64,000 nt of DNA from Euryarchaeota archaeon RBG_16_67_27. Lineage in GTDB: Archaea; Thermoplasmatota; Thermoplasmata; RBG-16-68-12. Positions 19,843 to 28,872 of the stretch are shown here, piece after piece. A model generated the notes under the pieces. The model had not been told where the DNA came from. It was given only the letters and a program-made list of their open reading frames with translations, and ran no database searches. Positions within the stretch are counted from its first letter, which is position 1. Each line of letters begins with the position of its first letter. The position numbers and the translations under genes are program-made. Location of the stretch: positions 9,133-73,132 of the forward strand of contig MGVZ01000029.1 in NCBI GenBank assembly GCA_001800745.1, given 5' to 3'.

Positions 19843-21360
19843 TCAGGCGTGGCTCTTCGCCGCGGCGAGACCCGTGATCGCCCCGAGGGCGACGAACAGA
19901 AAGCCGGAGAACCGGAGGAGGAACCCGACGTCGGGTGGGATCGCTGCGATCGGCGTCATCCCGAGGAACACCGGGAACTCGACGAGGACCTCGTACGCGA
20001 GCCACGTGCCGAGGCCGAGGCCGATGAGACCGATTCCCCCGACCGGGCTCCGGTGCTTGTGCCCTGGGACCGCCAGGACCGCGGCGACGGGCGCCGGCGT
20101 CGTGGCAGTGCTCGCGGTGACGGCCTGCGCCTCCGACACGGATCCGGGTCTCGGAGCGGGCAGGTCCACGGATCCGTACCGCCGGCACGCGTCGCACCAC
20201 CACCGATCGTATTGCTCGATCCATCGAAGCGTCGCTCCACAGCTCGGGCACGCGTGCTTGATGCTGGACGCCGGGGCGTACGCCCTGCAGATGTGGCAGT
20301 ACCACCGGTCGTACCGGGAGATGTAGTCGAGCTCGCGGCCGCAGGTGGGGCATGGATGCTCGACGCGGCGGACTTCCGGTTCGCGCGGCCTCGGAGCCTC
20401 CTGCGCCTCGGCCACGGCGGACGGCTCCAGCGCCGGCCCTGCGACGAGTTCGGCGGCGGGGGTCGCCGCGGGTGCGGGACTCGGGAGCGGACTGATGAGG
20501 ACGACCGCGGATGCGGCCGTCGGGGCAGGCTCCGCCGCAGGTGCAGGCGCCCAGTCCTTCGCCTCCTCGGGCTTCTGGACAAGCAGCAGGGCCGCCCCGG
20601 ACGCACCGGGGGCTTCGATTGCACGAGGCGGTTCGGGGCGGGGCTTCGCTTCAGGAGGCGCCTCCTGTCGGACGGCCCCCGGTGTCGCAGGGCGCGGCTC
20701 TGGGAGGATCACCGGTGGAGGCGTCTCCGTCGGAGCGGTGTTCCTCTCCTCCTCCTCGAGATAGCTGAGGAGCCGTTCTCGGAGTTGCTCCTTCGTCCCG
20801 GACGGATCGAGTTCGTACGCCTTGCACAGGTCGATGAGGAATGGCTTTTTCGCCTCAAGGATGTGCTCGCGCTTCAACGGAGGACGTTCGTCGGAATCGA
20901 GCTCCTCGTCGAGCTCCTCGAGCTGCTTCTCCTCCGTCATCGGCGCGGGGGTAGAGGGTGCCGAGGCCGGGGCGGCATCCCGAGGCCCGACGGGCGTTGG
21001 GACCGGTGCGACCTCCGGTGTCGAAGCGGGTACCGCCGGGGGAGCGGGCGATTCGACGGACGGCTGCGCCAGAGGCTCCGAGGCCGGGGCGGGCGACGGG
21101 GTCTCCTTCGGCGGCGTCTTTGGAACCGCGTACGCGTTCTCCCGGTAGCAGTAGAAGCGGTCATACGCGGCGATGTACGACAGGATGCCGCCGCACGCGG
21201 GACACCGCTCCGGTCCGCGTTCGCCATACCCCTCCGGGGCGTACTGCTGGCAGCGGTGGCAGAAGTGCCGCCGGTACTGCTCGAGGAAGGAAAGCTCGGC
21301 ACCGCAGTTCGGGCACGGAAGCGCGGTCACTCGCTCGCGCGCACGCGGGCGCGCCCGCAT
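19843..21360 (-). CDS. membrane-anchored protein with four zinc-ribbon repeats and a SAP-like motif
   Basis: Four copies of CPxCGxxLx[FYW]IxxYDR[FW][YW]CxxCxxY: two N-terminal and two after a Pro/Ala-rich linker. There is a central LIDLCKAYELDPSGTKEQLRERLLSYL (SAP-like) segment and two C-terminal TM helices. Confidence 0.7.
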   Translation of the reverse strand: MRARPRARERVTALPCPNCGAELSFLEQYRRHFCHRCQQYAPEGYGERGPERCPACGGILSYIAAYDRFYCYRENAYAVPKTPPKETPSPAPASEPLAQPSVESPAPPAVPASTPEVAPVPTPVGPRDAAPASAPSTPAPMTEEKQLEELDEELDSDERPPLKREHILEAKKPFLIDLCKAYELDPSGTKEQLRERLLSYLEEEERNTAPTETPPPVILPEPRPATPGAVRQEAPPEAKPRPEPPRAIEAPGASGAALLLVQKPEEAKDWAPAPAAEPAPTAASAVVLISPLPSPAPAATPAAELVAGPALEPSAVAEAQEAPRPREPEVRRVEHPCPTCGRELDYISRYDRWYCHICRAYAPASSIKHACPSCGATLRWIEQYDRWWCDACRRYGSVDLPAPRPGSVSEAQAVTASTATTPAPVAAVLAVPGHKHRSPVGGIGLIGLGLGTWLAYEVLVEFPVFLGMTPIAAIPPDVGFLLRFSGFLFVALGAITGLAAAKSHA

Positions 21361-21427
21361 AAAGACTTCCCCCAGGTTCGCGCGTTTGAGACCGATTCGT
21401 GCCCGCGCCGTGCACGTCCCCGGGAAA

Positions 21428-21438
21428 CCCTTTTACTC
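21428..21438 (+). promoter_or_regulatory. TATA-like box (cccttttactc) about 25 bp upstream of tRNA-Thr
   Basis: AT-rich hexamer at the expected archaeal -26/-27 position relative to the tRNA 5' end. Confidence 0.45.
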
Positions 21439-21460
21439 TTGGCGACGATGGGCACCACGC

Positions 21461-21533
21461 GCCACCATAGCTCAGCCGGTAGAGCAGCCGCCTTGTAAGC
21501 GGCAGGTCGGGAGTTCAATTCTCCCTGGTGGCT
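21461..21533 (+). tRNA. tRNA-Thr (anticodon UGU)
   Basis: GCCACCA-UA-GCUC AGCCGGUA GAGC-A-GCCGC CUUGUAA GCGGC-AGGUC-GGGAG UUCAAUU CUCCC-UGGUGGC-U. It folds as a perfect cloverleaf with no intron and no encoded CCA. Confidence 0.9.
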
Positions 21534-21630
21534 CTCCCCGTGCCTCGCGATCCTCCTCTCTATTCCTAACGGAATTTCCAGTGTGGTCAGATATTAGTAG
21601 AACCGGTTCCTCTTTCCGCTTGGTGCGGAC

Positions 21631-21831
21631 ATGAGCGAGCAATTCACGGTCCAGGACGTTCCGAGAGTCCTGGGTGTCGTCTTCTTCGCCGTCGATTTCG
21701 CGGCGATCGCGGACCGAGCGCTCGCACTGAGGCCCGGGGAGATGCTCCAGCTCCGACCCGAGGAAGCTCCGAGGTCGGCACCGATCCTTGAGGTCTCCGA
21801 CGACTCCTGGCGCAGCGACATTCAGGCGTGA
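21631..21831 (+). CDS. small hypothetical protein
   Basis: 66-aa ORF downstream of an AT-rich element (cagatattagtag). Weak support. Confidence 0.25.
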   Translation: MSEQFTVQDVPRVLGVVFFAVDFAAIADRALALRPGEMLQLRPEEAPRSAPILEVSDDSWRSDIQA

Positions 21832-21953
21832 GACGCAGGCGGTTCCGCCGGACGCGGGACGCATCGTCCGTCTCATCGCGCACCAAGAAGTCGTCACGGT
21901 TAAATACGGCGTAATATCTAGACCTCCACGGCCAGGTGGACTGACCCCTCTCC

Positions 21954-22340
21954 ATGCTCCAACCGCAGGAAGTCGTCGTCGCGAAGCTTCTCCCGGCGAT
22001 TCGCGCGAAACTCGCGCAGGGGCTCATCCGAAAGTATCAGATGAAGCAGGTCGACGTTGCCAGGGCCATGGGGATCACCCAGGCCGCGGTGAGCCACTAC
22101 AACACGAAGACCCGCGGGGTGGATCAGGACATCCTCCGGCGCTTCCCAGAGATCGACACCTTCGTTCATGAGCTCGCAGAACAGATCCACGACGGCCTGT
22201 CGAAGTCAAGGCAGATCGCCGTCCTGAACGAGTTCTGCTTCAACGTCATGCAGACCGCACGGTTCTGCGAGTACCACAAGAAACTCGGGGACATCGACCC
22301 CGTGTGCGCGGCGTGCTTCCCCGCCCCGCCGCGACCGTGA
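21954..22340 (+). CDS. HTH-containing putative transcription regulator with C-terminal 4-Cys cluster
   Basis: The segment QVDVARAMGITQAAVSHY is helix-turn-helix like. The C-terminus carries CFNVMQTARFCEYH...CAAC. Confidence 0.55.
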   Translation: MLQPQEVVVAKLLPAIRAKLAQGLIRKYQMKQVDVARAMGITQAAVSHYNTKTRGVDQDILRRFPEIDTFVHELAEQIHDGLSKSRQIAVLNEFCFNVMQTARFCEYHKKLGDIDPVCAACFPAPPRP

Positions 22341-22344
22341 CGCC

Positions 22345-23364
22345 TCAATCCCGCGGCATGTCCCGGATCGCCGCGCCGTACTTCCGGAGCCACTGCCCGA
22401 CCGAACGGGCGCCGACCTTCCGGTACCCGGCGCGCGAGCGGCGCTTCGCCAGGGCTCCGCGGAGGCCCGCGTAGGCGTCGAGCCGCCCCCGGACACGCGC
22501 ATCGACGAGTTCGCGGAACCCGGGCCCGGCCTCTGCGCCCGCCGCCCGTCGGCCGAGACCCCTCCGTGCAAGGGCCTCGAGGAGCCGCACGGCGTTCCAG
22601 CTCTCCCCTCCGGCGACGTACGCCCACGGGTAGTTCATCACGAGGTTCCAGATCCGGTTCCGTTCCCCCTGGTACGTCTTCCAGGCGGACTTGAAGCCAA
22701 CGGACGCGGAGTACTTGTGATGCACGACGGAGCGGGGCGCGAAGCGCCCCTCCCAGCCCGCAAGCCGCAGCCGCCACGCGAGGTCGAGATCCTCGAAGTA
22801 CGCGACGAAGTCGCCGTCGAACAGGCCGACGGCCTCGAGCGCCCCTCGCCGGTACAGGGCGGCCCCCGCGGATGCGCCGAAGACGTCCACCGCGTCATCG
22901 AACTGTCCCTCGTCCTTCTGAAGCCACCCCCGGTCCACGCCGTTGCCGTCGGGGGCGATCAGGATCCCTGCGCTATTGATGACACCCGGACGGTCCATGA
23001 ACACGAGTTTCGAGGCGACGGTTCCGATCCGCGCGGGATTCGCCGCGCGCACGAGCTCTGCGAGCCACTCCGGGTCCACCCGGGTATCGTTGTTCAGCGT
23101 GACGACATACGTGCACTCGGGATCACGGAGCGCGACCTCCATCCCCGCGTTCGTGCCCCGTGCGAAGTGCAGGTTCTCCGGCAGGGCGACGAGTGCGGCC
23201 TCCGGGAATTCGTCCCGGATGATTTCCCGCGATCCGTCCGTGCTCGCGTTGTCCACGACGATCACGCGGTACGTCGCGTACGTTTGGGCGAGGACGCTCC
23301 GGAGGCAATCCCGGATGTACGCCTCCCCGTTCCAGTTCAGCACGACGACGGTCGCTGCCCCCAT
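22345..23364 (-). CDS. family 2 glycosyltransferase
   Basis: The N-terminus VVVLNWNGEAYIRDCLRSVLAQTY..VIVVDNASTDGS matches GT2. A later DxD region is also GT2-like. Confidence 0.85.
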   Translation of the reverse strand: MGAATVVVLNWNGEAYIRDCLRSVLAQTYATYRVIVVDNASTDGSREIIRDEFPEAALVALPENLHFARGTNAGMEVALRDPECTYVVTLNNDTRVDPEWLAELVRAANPARIGTVASKLVFMDRPGVINSAGILIAPDGNGVDRGWLQKDEGQFDDAVDVFGASAGAALYRRGALEAVGLFDGDFVAYFEDLDLAWRLRLAGWEGRFAPRSVVHHKYSASVGFKSAWKTYQGERNRIWNLVMNYPWAYVAGGESWNAVRLLEALARRGLGRRAAGAEAGPGFRELVDARVRGRLDAYAGLRGALAKRRSRAGYRKVGARSVGQWLRKYGAAIRDMPRD

Positions 23365-23409
23365 GGACGCTGCCGGGAACCCGGGGGGAGGATTAGAAGG
23401 TGGCGGACC

Positions 23410-24657
23410 TCACGTCGGCCGGGGCGGGGTCGTTTCGTCGCGTGCCTGCCGCCGGTAGTCCCAGAGGCCCACGACCGCGAACCCGGCGAACCCGACCTGC
23501 GCCGCGAGGATTGCGACACCGACCCCCGTCAGCCCGAAGCGTGGCATGAGGGCGTACGACCCGCCGATCGCCGCGGCGACGAACCCCGCGTTCAGCGCGA
23601 TCAGGGGCGCGAGCCGACGCTCGACGCGGAGCCGCGTCGTGTACGCCCCGTTGAACGCCTGCACGAGCCCGTTCACCAGGAGGAGCTGGAGGAGCACGGC
23701 CGCGGTCGCGTAGCTCTCGTGAAACGCGGAGAGGAGGAACGGGGCGAGGAGGATCCCGACGAGCGCCGCGGGGGCGAGGACGGCATACGTCCAGAGGAGC
23801 CCCGTGCGCGTGTGCTCCTCCATCCGGCGCTCGTCTCGGGACGCCTCCGCGAGGACGGAGAGCTGGACGGAAGCGGGGAGGAGGTTCAGGAGGTTCGAGA
23901 TCTGCCACGCGACGTAGAAGAACGCCGCGGCCTCGGGCCCGATCGCATGCAGGGTGATCACGGGCAGCAGGAGCGCGACGCATGAGGCGAGGAGGACGGC
24001 GGTCTGGTTTCCCGCGGCGAACCGGGCCATCTCCCGGGCGGCCCCGCGGTCGATCCTCCAGCGCATCCGCCCGAACGCGTTCGTCCGCACGACGACGAGG
24101 ATGCCGATCGCGGTCCCGCACCACAGCGCGAGCCCGAACGAGGCCGGGATGCTGAGGCCCGTGCCTGCGAGGAGGACGAACGGCACGAGGAGACCGAGCT
24201 TGAGCACGTTCGTCACCGCACCTCTCTGGAGCACGCGTTTCGCGGCCCCGATTCCGATCAGCGCGGCGTCGAGAATCACGAACACCGTCCAACCGGCGAC
24301 GAACCCGAGGAAGAGGACGCCCTGGGCGGGTGTCGCGAGGGACGCGGCAAGGCCGGGCGCCCACAGTGCTGCCCCCGCGAGGAACACGCCGGACACCGCG
24401 AGGGACAGCCCGAAGCCGAGCAGGAGGGCGGTGTCGACGAATGCCGCGGTCCGCAGGCCCGCCGCAGGGGCGTACCGGATCAGGGCGGTCGGGAAGCCGA
24501 ATTGGGCGATCGCGCTCAGGAGCACCCCGACCCCGATGATCGCGGTCCCGATGCCGACCTCCCCCGCGGAGAGCAGGCGCGCGGCGAGGACCCAGAACAC
24601 GAGTCCGAAGACCGCACCGATTCCCTCGTTGACTGAGAGGTACGCCGCGTTCCGCAT
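23410..24657 (-). CDS. polysaccharide biosynthesis flippase (Wzx/MATE-like)
   Basis: About 12 TM helices, starting MRNAAYLSVNEGIGAVFGLVFWVLAARLLS. The longer track ORF to 24894 adds an Arg/Pro-rich non-membrane leader, judged spurious. Confidence 0.78.
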   Translation of the reverse strand: MRNAAYLSVNEGIGAVFGLVFWVLAARLLSAGEVGIGTAIIGVGVLLSAIAQFGFPTALIRYAPAAGLRTAAFVDTALLLGFGLSLAVSGVFLAGAALWAPGLAASLATPAQGVLFLGFVAGWTVFVILDAALIGIGAAKRVLQRGAVTNVLKLGLLVPFVLLAGTGLSIPASFGLALWCGTAIGILVVVRTNAFGRMRWRIDRGAAREMARFAAGNQTAVLLASCVALLLPVITLHAIGPEAAAFFYVAWQISNLLNLLPASVQLSVLAEASRDERRMEEHTRTGLLWTYAVLAPAALVGILLAPFLLSAFHESYATAAVLLQLLLVNGLVQAFNGAYTTRLRVERRLAPLIALNAGFVAAAIGGSYALMPRFGLTGVGVAILAAQVGFAGFAVVGLWDYRRQARDETTPPRPT

Positions 24658-24701
24658 GAGCGGCGACCGGAGGTCCCGGAGGACCCGGGTCGGCGTCCGG
24701 A

Positions 24702-25597
24702 TCACGCCCGGCCCCTCCCCGTATGGAGGATCGCCCGTCCCGCACGCAGGGACTCGATGCGAGCCTCGACGATCCAGCGGACCGCGCGGGCCTTGTCGCG
24801 GGAGCGGAGGAACTCCGTCGTCGCCGTGAGCGGGAAGAGCACAAGCCCGTCGAGGGCGAGGTAGAGCCGCTTCCACCGGTAGTTCCGGAGGCACACGAGG
24901 GTCCGGTTCCGCAGCATGTGGCGGAGGTACGTCCGCGTGCCCGCGCGATCGCGGCGCGACGCGCGGTGCGTGACCCGGGCGGCCGCGGCGTACGCGACCC
25001 GGTGGCCCGCGGAGCGCGCGCGCCGGCAGAAGTCCAGGTCCTCGCCGTACATGAACAGGCTCGCCTCGAGGCCGCCGAGGCGACGGAATCCGCGAGGCGG
25101 AAGGCGATCGCGCAGCCCGAGACCGCGTCGACCCGGCGGTCCCCCTCGTGGACGACGCAGATCCCCCCGTACAGCACCTCGAGGCCCGCGGCGTAGAGTC
25201 CCGAGCCGTCCTCGTACGCCACCCGGCTCCCGACGACGGCGACGCTGGGGTCGTCGAAGGCCCGGAGGATCGCGGAGATCCACCCGCGGTCGACGACGGT
25301 GTCCTGGTTGAGGACCGCGAGCACGCGCGCGCGGGCGAGCTCCCCGGCCTGGTTCACCGCCGCGGCGAACCCGAGGTTCTCCGCGTTCCTCACGATCCGG
25401 TGGTGAGGGAACCGCGCCGCGTGCCGGGCCACGACAGCCACGCTCTCGTCCGCGGATGCGTTGTCGATGTACAGGAGCTCGTACTCCGTCGCAGGCATAT
25501 CCATCGCGAGCAGCGAGTCGAGGCACGCCGCGAGGAACCGCGCCCCGTTGTAACCGACGATCGCGATGCTCACCCGGAGGTCCGGCTCGGGGATCAT
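24702..25597 (-). pseudogene. family 2 glycosyltransferase interrupted by a frameshift (around 25060-25110)
   Basis: The N-terminal GT2 domain (MIPEPDLRVSIAIVGYNGARFLAACLDSL..YIDNASADES..) is in one minus frame. The C-terminal half (..FRRLGGLEASLFMYGEDLDFCRRARSAGHRVAYAAAARVTHRAS..) is in another. The start ATG overlaps the GT4 stop (ATGA). Confidence 0.65.
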
Positions 25598-26706
25598 CGC
25601 GTGCCCCCCGCGCCGACCGCCCGGTAGATCCGCTCGTACTCCTGCGTGATCGACTCCCATGAGAACCGCGTCTTCGCGACGTCTTGGCCCGCGCGACCGA
25701 GCGACACGCGTTTCTCCGGGTCCGTGTAGAGGTCCGCCATGGCGGCCGCGAGCGCCTCGACGTCCCCCGGGGGGACGAGGACGGCGTTCGACGCGTCGCA
25801 CACGCCCGGGATTCCCCCGACCCGTGACGCCACGACGGGAAGGCCCGCGGCCCACGCCTCGAGGATTGCGATCGGGAATCCTTCCGCACGGGACGCGAGC
25901 ACGAAGACGTCCGCGGACCGGTACGCCCGGACGAGTGCGTCCCGCTTCAGGGGTCCGAGAAATCGAACGACGGATTCAAGGCCGAGCGCCCACGTCTCCT
26001 CCCGCAGACGGGCCGTGAGGGACCCGTCCCCCGCGAGCTCCACCAGGAACGGACCGTCGACGAGCTCGCGGCATCGGGCCGTCGCGCTCAGGAGGATGTC
26101 GATCCCCTTCTGGGGTTCGTGGCGGCCCACGAAGAGGAATCGGAACGGCGGCTCCTGAGGCACGTCGATCGCGAACTCCCCCGCGTCCACCCCGTTCGGG
26201 ACGATCTCGACATCGGCAAACCCTCCGGACCGAAGGGCCTCGCCGGACGTCGGGTCGACGGTCGTGAGCGCGGACGCCCGCGCGCGGCGGATTAGGAACC
26301 GTTCGAGCCAGCCGGCAACGGGTCCGCGGGTCGGGAACCAGACCCCGTGGCACGTGAGCACCACCGGGACGCCGCTATCCCGGGCGACGGGCCCGACGGC
26401 CGCACCGACGTCGACCGCATGGGCATGCACGGCGTCGAACCGGTCCCGCGTGACGTGCGCCCTCGCCCAGCGGCGCATCGCGGCCATGGCCCGGACCCGG
26501 CGGAATGTGATCCGATCGAGGTCTGCGGCGGCCTGCCGGGGTCCGACCCGATGGATCCCGGGTGCGGGCTCGACGCCCGGGGCGTCGTACGTCAAGACCT
26601 CCACAGTGTGCCCGGCTCGCCGCTGGACCCCCGCGAGCGCCGCGACCGCGGTCGCGTCCCCGCCGACGACGGGCGGGACCTTTTTCACGACGTGGAGAAT
26701 CCGCAA
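25594..26706 (-). CDS. GT4-family (GT1-fold) glycosyltransferase
   Basis: 371 aa from the TTG start: (M)RILHVVKKVPPVVGGDATAV... The C-terminal EGFPIAILEAWAAGLPVV motif matches GT4. The upstream part of the 973-aa track ORF is out-of-frame junk over the neighbouring gene. Confidence 0.8.
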   Translation of the reverse strand: MRILHVVKKVPPVVGGDATAVAALAGVQRRAGHTVEVLTYDAPGVEPAPGIHRVGPRQAAADLDRITFRRVRAMAAMRRWARAHVTRDRFDAVHAHAVDVGAAVGPVARDSGVPVVLTCHGVWFPTRGPVAGWLERFLIRRARASALTTVDPTSGEALRSGGFADVEIVPNGVDAGEFAIDVPQEPPFRFLFVGRHEPQKGIDILLSATARCRELVDGPFLVELAGDGSLTARLREETWALGLESVVRFLGPLKRDALVRAYRSADVFVLASRAEGFPIAILEAWAAGLPVVASRVGGIPGVCDASNAVLVPPGDVEALAAAMADLYTDPEKRVSLGRAGQDVAKTRFSWESITQEYERIYRAVGAGGTR

Positions 26707-26730
26707 CGGCGCGCGGATTCCCGCGAACCG

Positions 26731-26740
26731 TGATAAAGGT
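26731..26740 (-). promoter_or_regulatory. TATA-like box (acctttatca on minus strand) about 28 bp upstream of the GT4 TTG start
   Basis: It lies in the 45-bp gap between the GT-C gene and GT4. This supports the TTG start and a leaderless transcript. Confidence 0.4.
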
Positions 26741-26750
26741 GCGGGCGACC

Positions 26751-28436
26751 TCACGGCGCGAGCGCCCAGTCGATCCAGTATACGCGAGCGTACGCGTTGT
26801 CGAAGACCTTCACGAACGGGGCGTCGTCGAACTTCGCGATCGCCTCCGGGGACATCGGGACCGCCGGGTCCCACGGGTACAGCTGCACGCCCCGTTCGAT
26901 GTCCCCGTCGACCCAGACATAGCTCCCGTTCCTCACCCCCGAGGGCGAGGGGATGCCGATCAGGCCGGACCGCGCCTCCACGAATGTGCCTGCGAGGAGC
27001 GGCGTGCGAGTCGTGTCCCACGTTGCGTCGACTCCGCCGAAGCCGAAGGCGAGGGTCGAGGCGCGGTGGTCCGTCACGAGGAGTCCGTCGACGTGGTCCC
27101 GGGACCAGTGCGCCGCGTCCAGGGCCGGCGCCCGCGTCCCCTCCTGCCACCGGCCGAGGATCTCCGGCGGCGGGAACGCGGTGAGGGCGTTGCCCGCGAG
27201 GAGGACGATCGCGATGGCGATCACGGTCGTCCGACGGCCTTGGCCCACCCCCGCGAGGTCGAGGATCCGGAACAGGCCGATCCCCGCGAGGACGGCGAGG
27301 AGCACGATGAGGAACTCGATGTGCCGGTACGGGATCAGGAGCCTCGGGGCCGCGACGATCCCGACGAGGATCGACGCAAGGAGGGCGAGGATCCAAGCGA
27401 ACGGCGCGAGTCCGTCCCGGAGGAAGTCGAAGAACCGCCGGCCGGGGGCGGAGAACGCGACGAGGAGGTAGACGGGGGCGAAGTAGTACAGCACGCTCGC
27501 GGGGGGCGCGATCGTCGTCCCGGGGATCGCGACGGCGGCCGCGAACGCGATCAGGGCGAAGAGGAACCCGACGGTCCCCGCGTACAGGCCCGCGGCACGG
27601 TCGAGGCCCGGGTACCTCGGCCGGTACCGGCGCTCGGAGCGTCGGCGGAGGACCACGAGCGCGGCCAGCCCCGCGAGAAGGACGGGCAACGCCGCGGGGA
27701 GGAGCCACCACGGGTCCACGTCGACGTCGCTCAAGAGCGCGTCGCGGAACGGGGCCGCGTAGGCGAACCAGTAGAGGAGGGTGAGGGCGACGAGGATCCC
27801 GGCGGCGGCGACATCCCGCGTCTCGCCGGCCGCAGGCGTCGAGCGGACAAGGGCACGAAGGAACAGGGTGGCGACGACCATGACGATCAGGAAGTACGTC
27901 GAAAGGTGGTGGGTCACGACGAGGGCGCCGCCAACGAGGACGAGGGGGAGGAGCGCCTTCGGATCCCCACGGAGCCGGAGGAACAGGAGGAGGCCCGCGA
28001 AGACGAACAGGTCCCCGACGGTCGCGGGAGCGGCGTGGGAGGTCGGGTACACGTGGGGCATGACGACGGCGACGAGCGCGGCGGCGAAGAGGCCCGCCTT
28101 CGCCTCGCCCGTGATTCGCGCGGTGAGGAGGAAGATTGGCAGCACGGCGAGCGCGCCCGCCACGGGAACGAGGAGCCCGAGGGCCGCTGACGGAGCGACC
28201 GGCGCGAGCGACGCCATGGCGCCCGGAAGGAACCACATCCCCGGGAAATACGGATACGTGAAGCCCCACCCTCCGTAGTCCGTCGAGACGTGGGCGGTCT
28301 CGAGGAGCCCGCGAAGGATCGCGACGTACTCCCCGATGTCGGACCCCCAGTGGACGTAATACAGGAGGGGGGAGAGACGGATCCCGATCGCCGCAAGGAC
28401 GACCGTCGTGAGCGCGGCGCGGACCGACTTCCTCAT
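26751..28436 (-). CDS. polytopic membrane glycosyltransferase, GT-C fold (ArnT/PMT-like), putative
   Basis: 561 aa with about 12 TM helices in the N-terminal two thirds and a C-terminal soluble (external) domain. It is the first gene of the glycosyltransferase cluster. Confidence 0.6.
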   Translation of the reverse strand: MRKSVRAALTTVVLAAIGIRLSPLLYYVHWGSDIGEYVAILRGLLETAHVSTDYGGWGFTYPYFPGMWFLPGAMASLAPVAPSAALGLLVPVAGALAVLPIFLLTARITGEAKAGLFAAALVAVVMPHVYPTSHAAPATVGDLFVFAGLLLFLRLRGDPKALLPLVLVGGALVVTHHLSTYFLIVMVVATLFLRALVRSTPAAGETRDVAAAGILVALTLLYWFAYAAPFRDALLSDVDVDPWWLLPAALPVLLAGLAALVVLRRRSERRYRPRYPGLDRAAGLYAGTVGFLFALIAFAAAVAIPGTTIAPPASVLYYFAPVYLLVAFSAPGRRFFDFLRDGLAPFAWILALLASILVGIVAAPRLLIPYRHIEFLIVLLAVLAGIGLFRILDLAGVGQGRRTTVIAIAIVLLAGNALTAFPPPEILGRWQEGTRAPALDAAHWSRDHVDGLLVTDHRASTLAFGFGGVDATWDTTRTPLLAGTFVEARSGLIGIPSPSGVRNGSYVWVDGDIERGVQLYPWDPAVPMSPEAIAKFDDAPFVKVFDNAYARVYWIDWALAP

Positions 28437-28527
28437 CCTGCCGCGTAGCGCCGTGCGCTACTAAAGGGTTGTCTGGGCGCCCGACTCCCCGGGCCGCCTC
28501 GGGGCGGGGGCGCAAGGTTTTTGTGAG

Positions 28528-28872
28528 ATGCGCATCTCCCGGGGACGGATGGCGGACCGCTGCCCGGACTGCTATGCGGAGCTGCCCGAGGACGCCGTGT
28601 GGGTGTGCCCGGCGTGCGGGTACACGCTCCGCACGCCCGCGGTGGCGAAGGTCGGCATCGTCTTCATGCTCCTCGGCGTCGTCCTCCTTGGCTCGTACCT
28701 CGTCGGCCCGGAGAACCTCGGCCTGAAGACCGGCTGGATGCCCACGGAGCTCGCCGAGTTCACGATCGCCAACTACGCATGGCTCGTCCTCGGCGTCCTC
28801 GGCCTCGGGATGGCCCTCGTGATCGCCGGCGCGGTCAAGCTCCGCGTCGAGCGCGCGGCCGTCGCGGCCTAG
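28528..28872 (+). CDS. small zinc-ribbon membrane protein
   Basis: CPDCYAEL...CPACGY zinc ribbon followed by two TM helices. The start is possibly MADRCPDC at 28549. Confidence 0.45.
   Translation: MRISRGRMADRCPDCYAELPEDAVWVCPACGYTLRTPAVAKVGIVFMLLGVVLLGSYLVGPENLGLKTGWMPTELAEFTIANYAWLVLGVLGLGMALVIAGAVKLRVERAAVAA

Noticed and set aside
18240-19877. 545-aa plus-strand ORF
   Set aside because: It lies antisense to the RaSEA-like gene and is low-complexity Arg/Ser/Pro-rich with no recognisable domain. It is a GC artefact.
23393-25855. 820-aa minus-strand ORF
   Set aside because: It is a mosaic. Only the segment encoding the GT2 N-terminal domain (to 25597) is real. The remainder is an out-of-frame translation over the flippase gene.
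25594-28515. 973-aa minus-strand ORF
   Set aside because: Only the last 371 codons (GT4, TTG start at 26706) are real. Upstream it reads out-of-frame across the GT-C membrane-protein gene (26751-28436).
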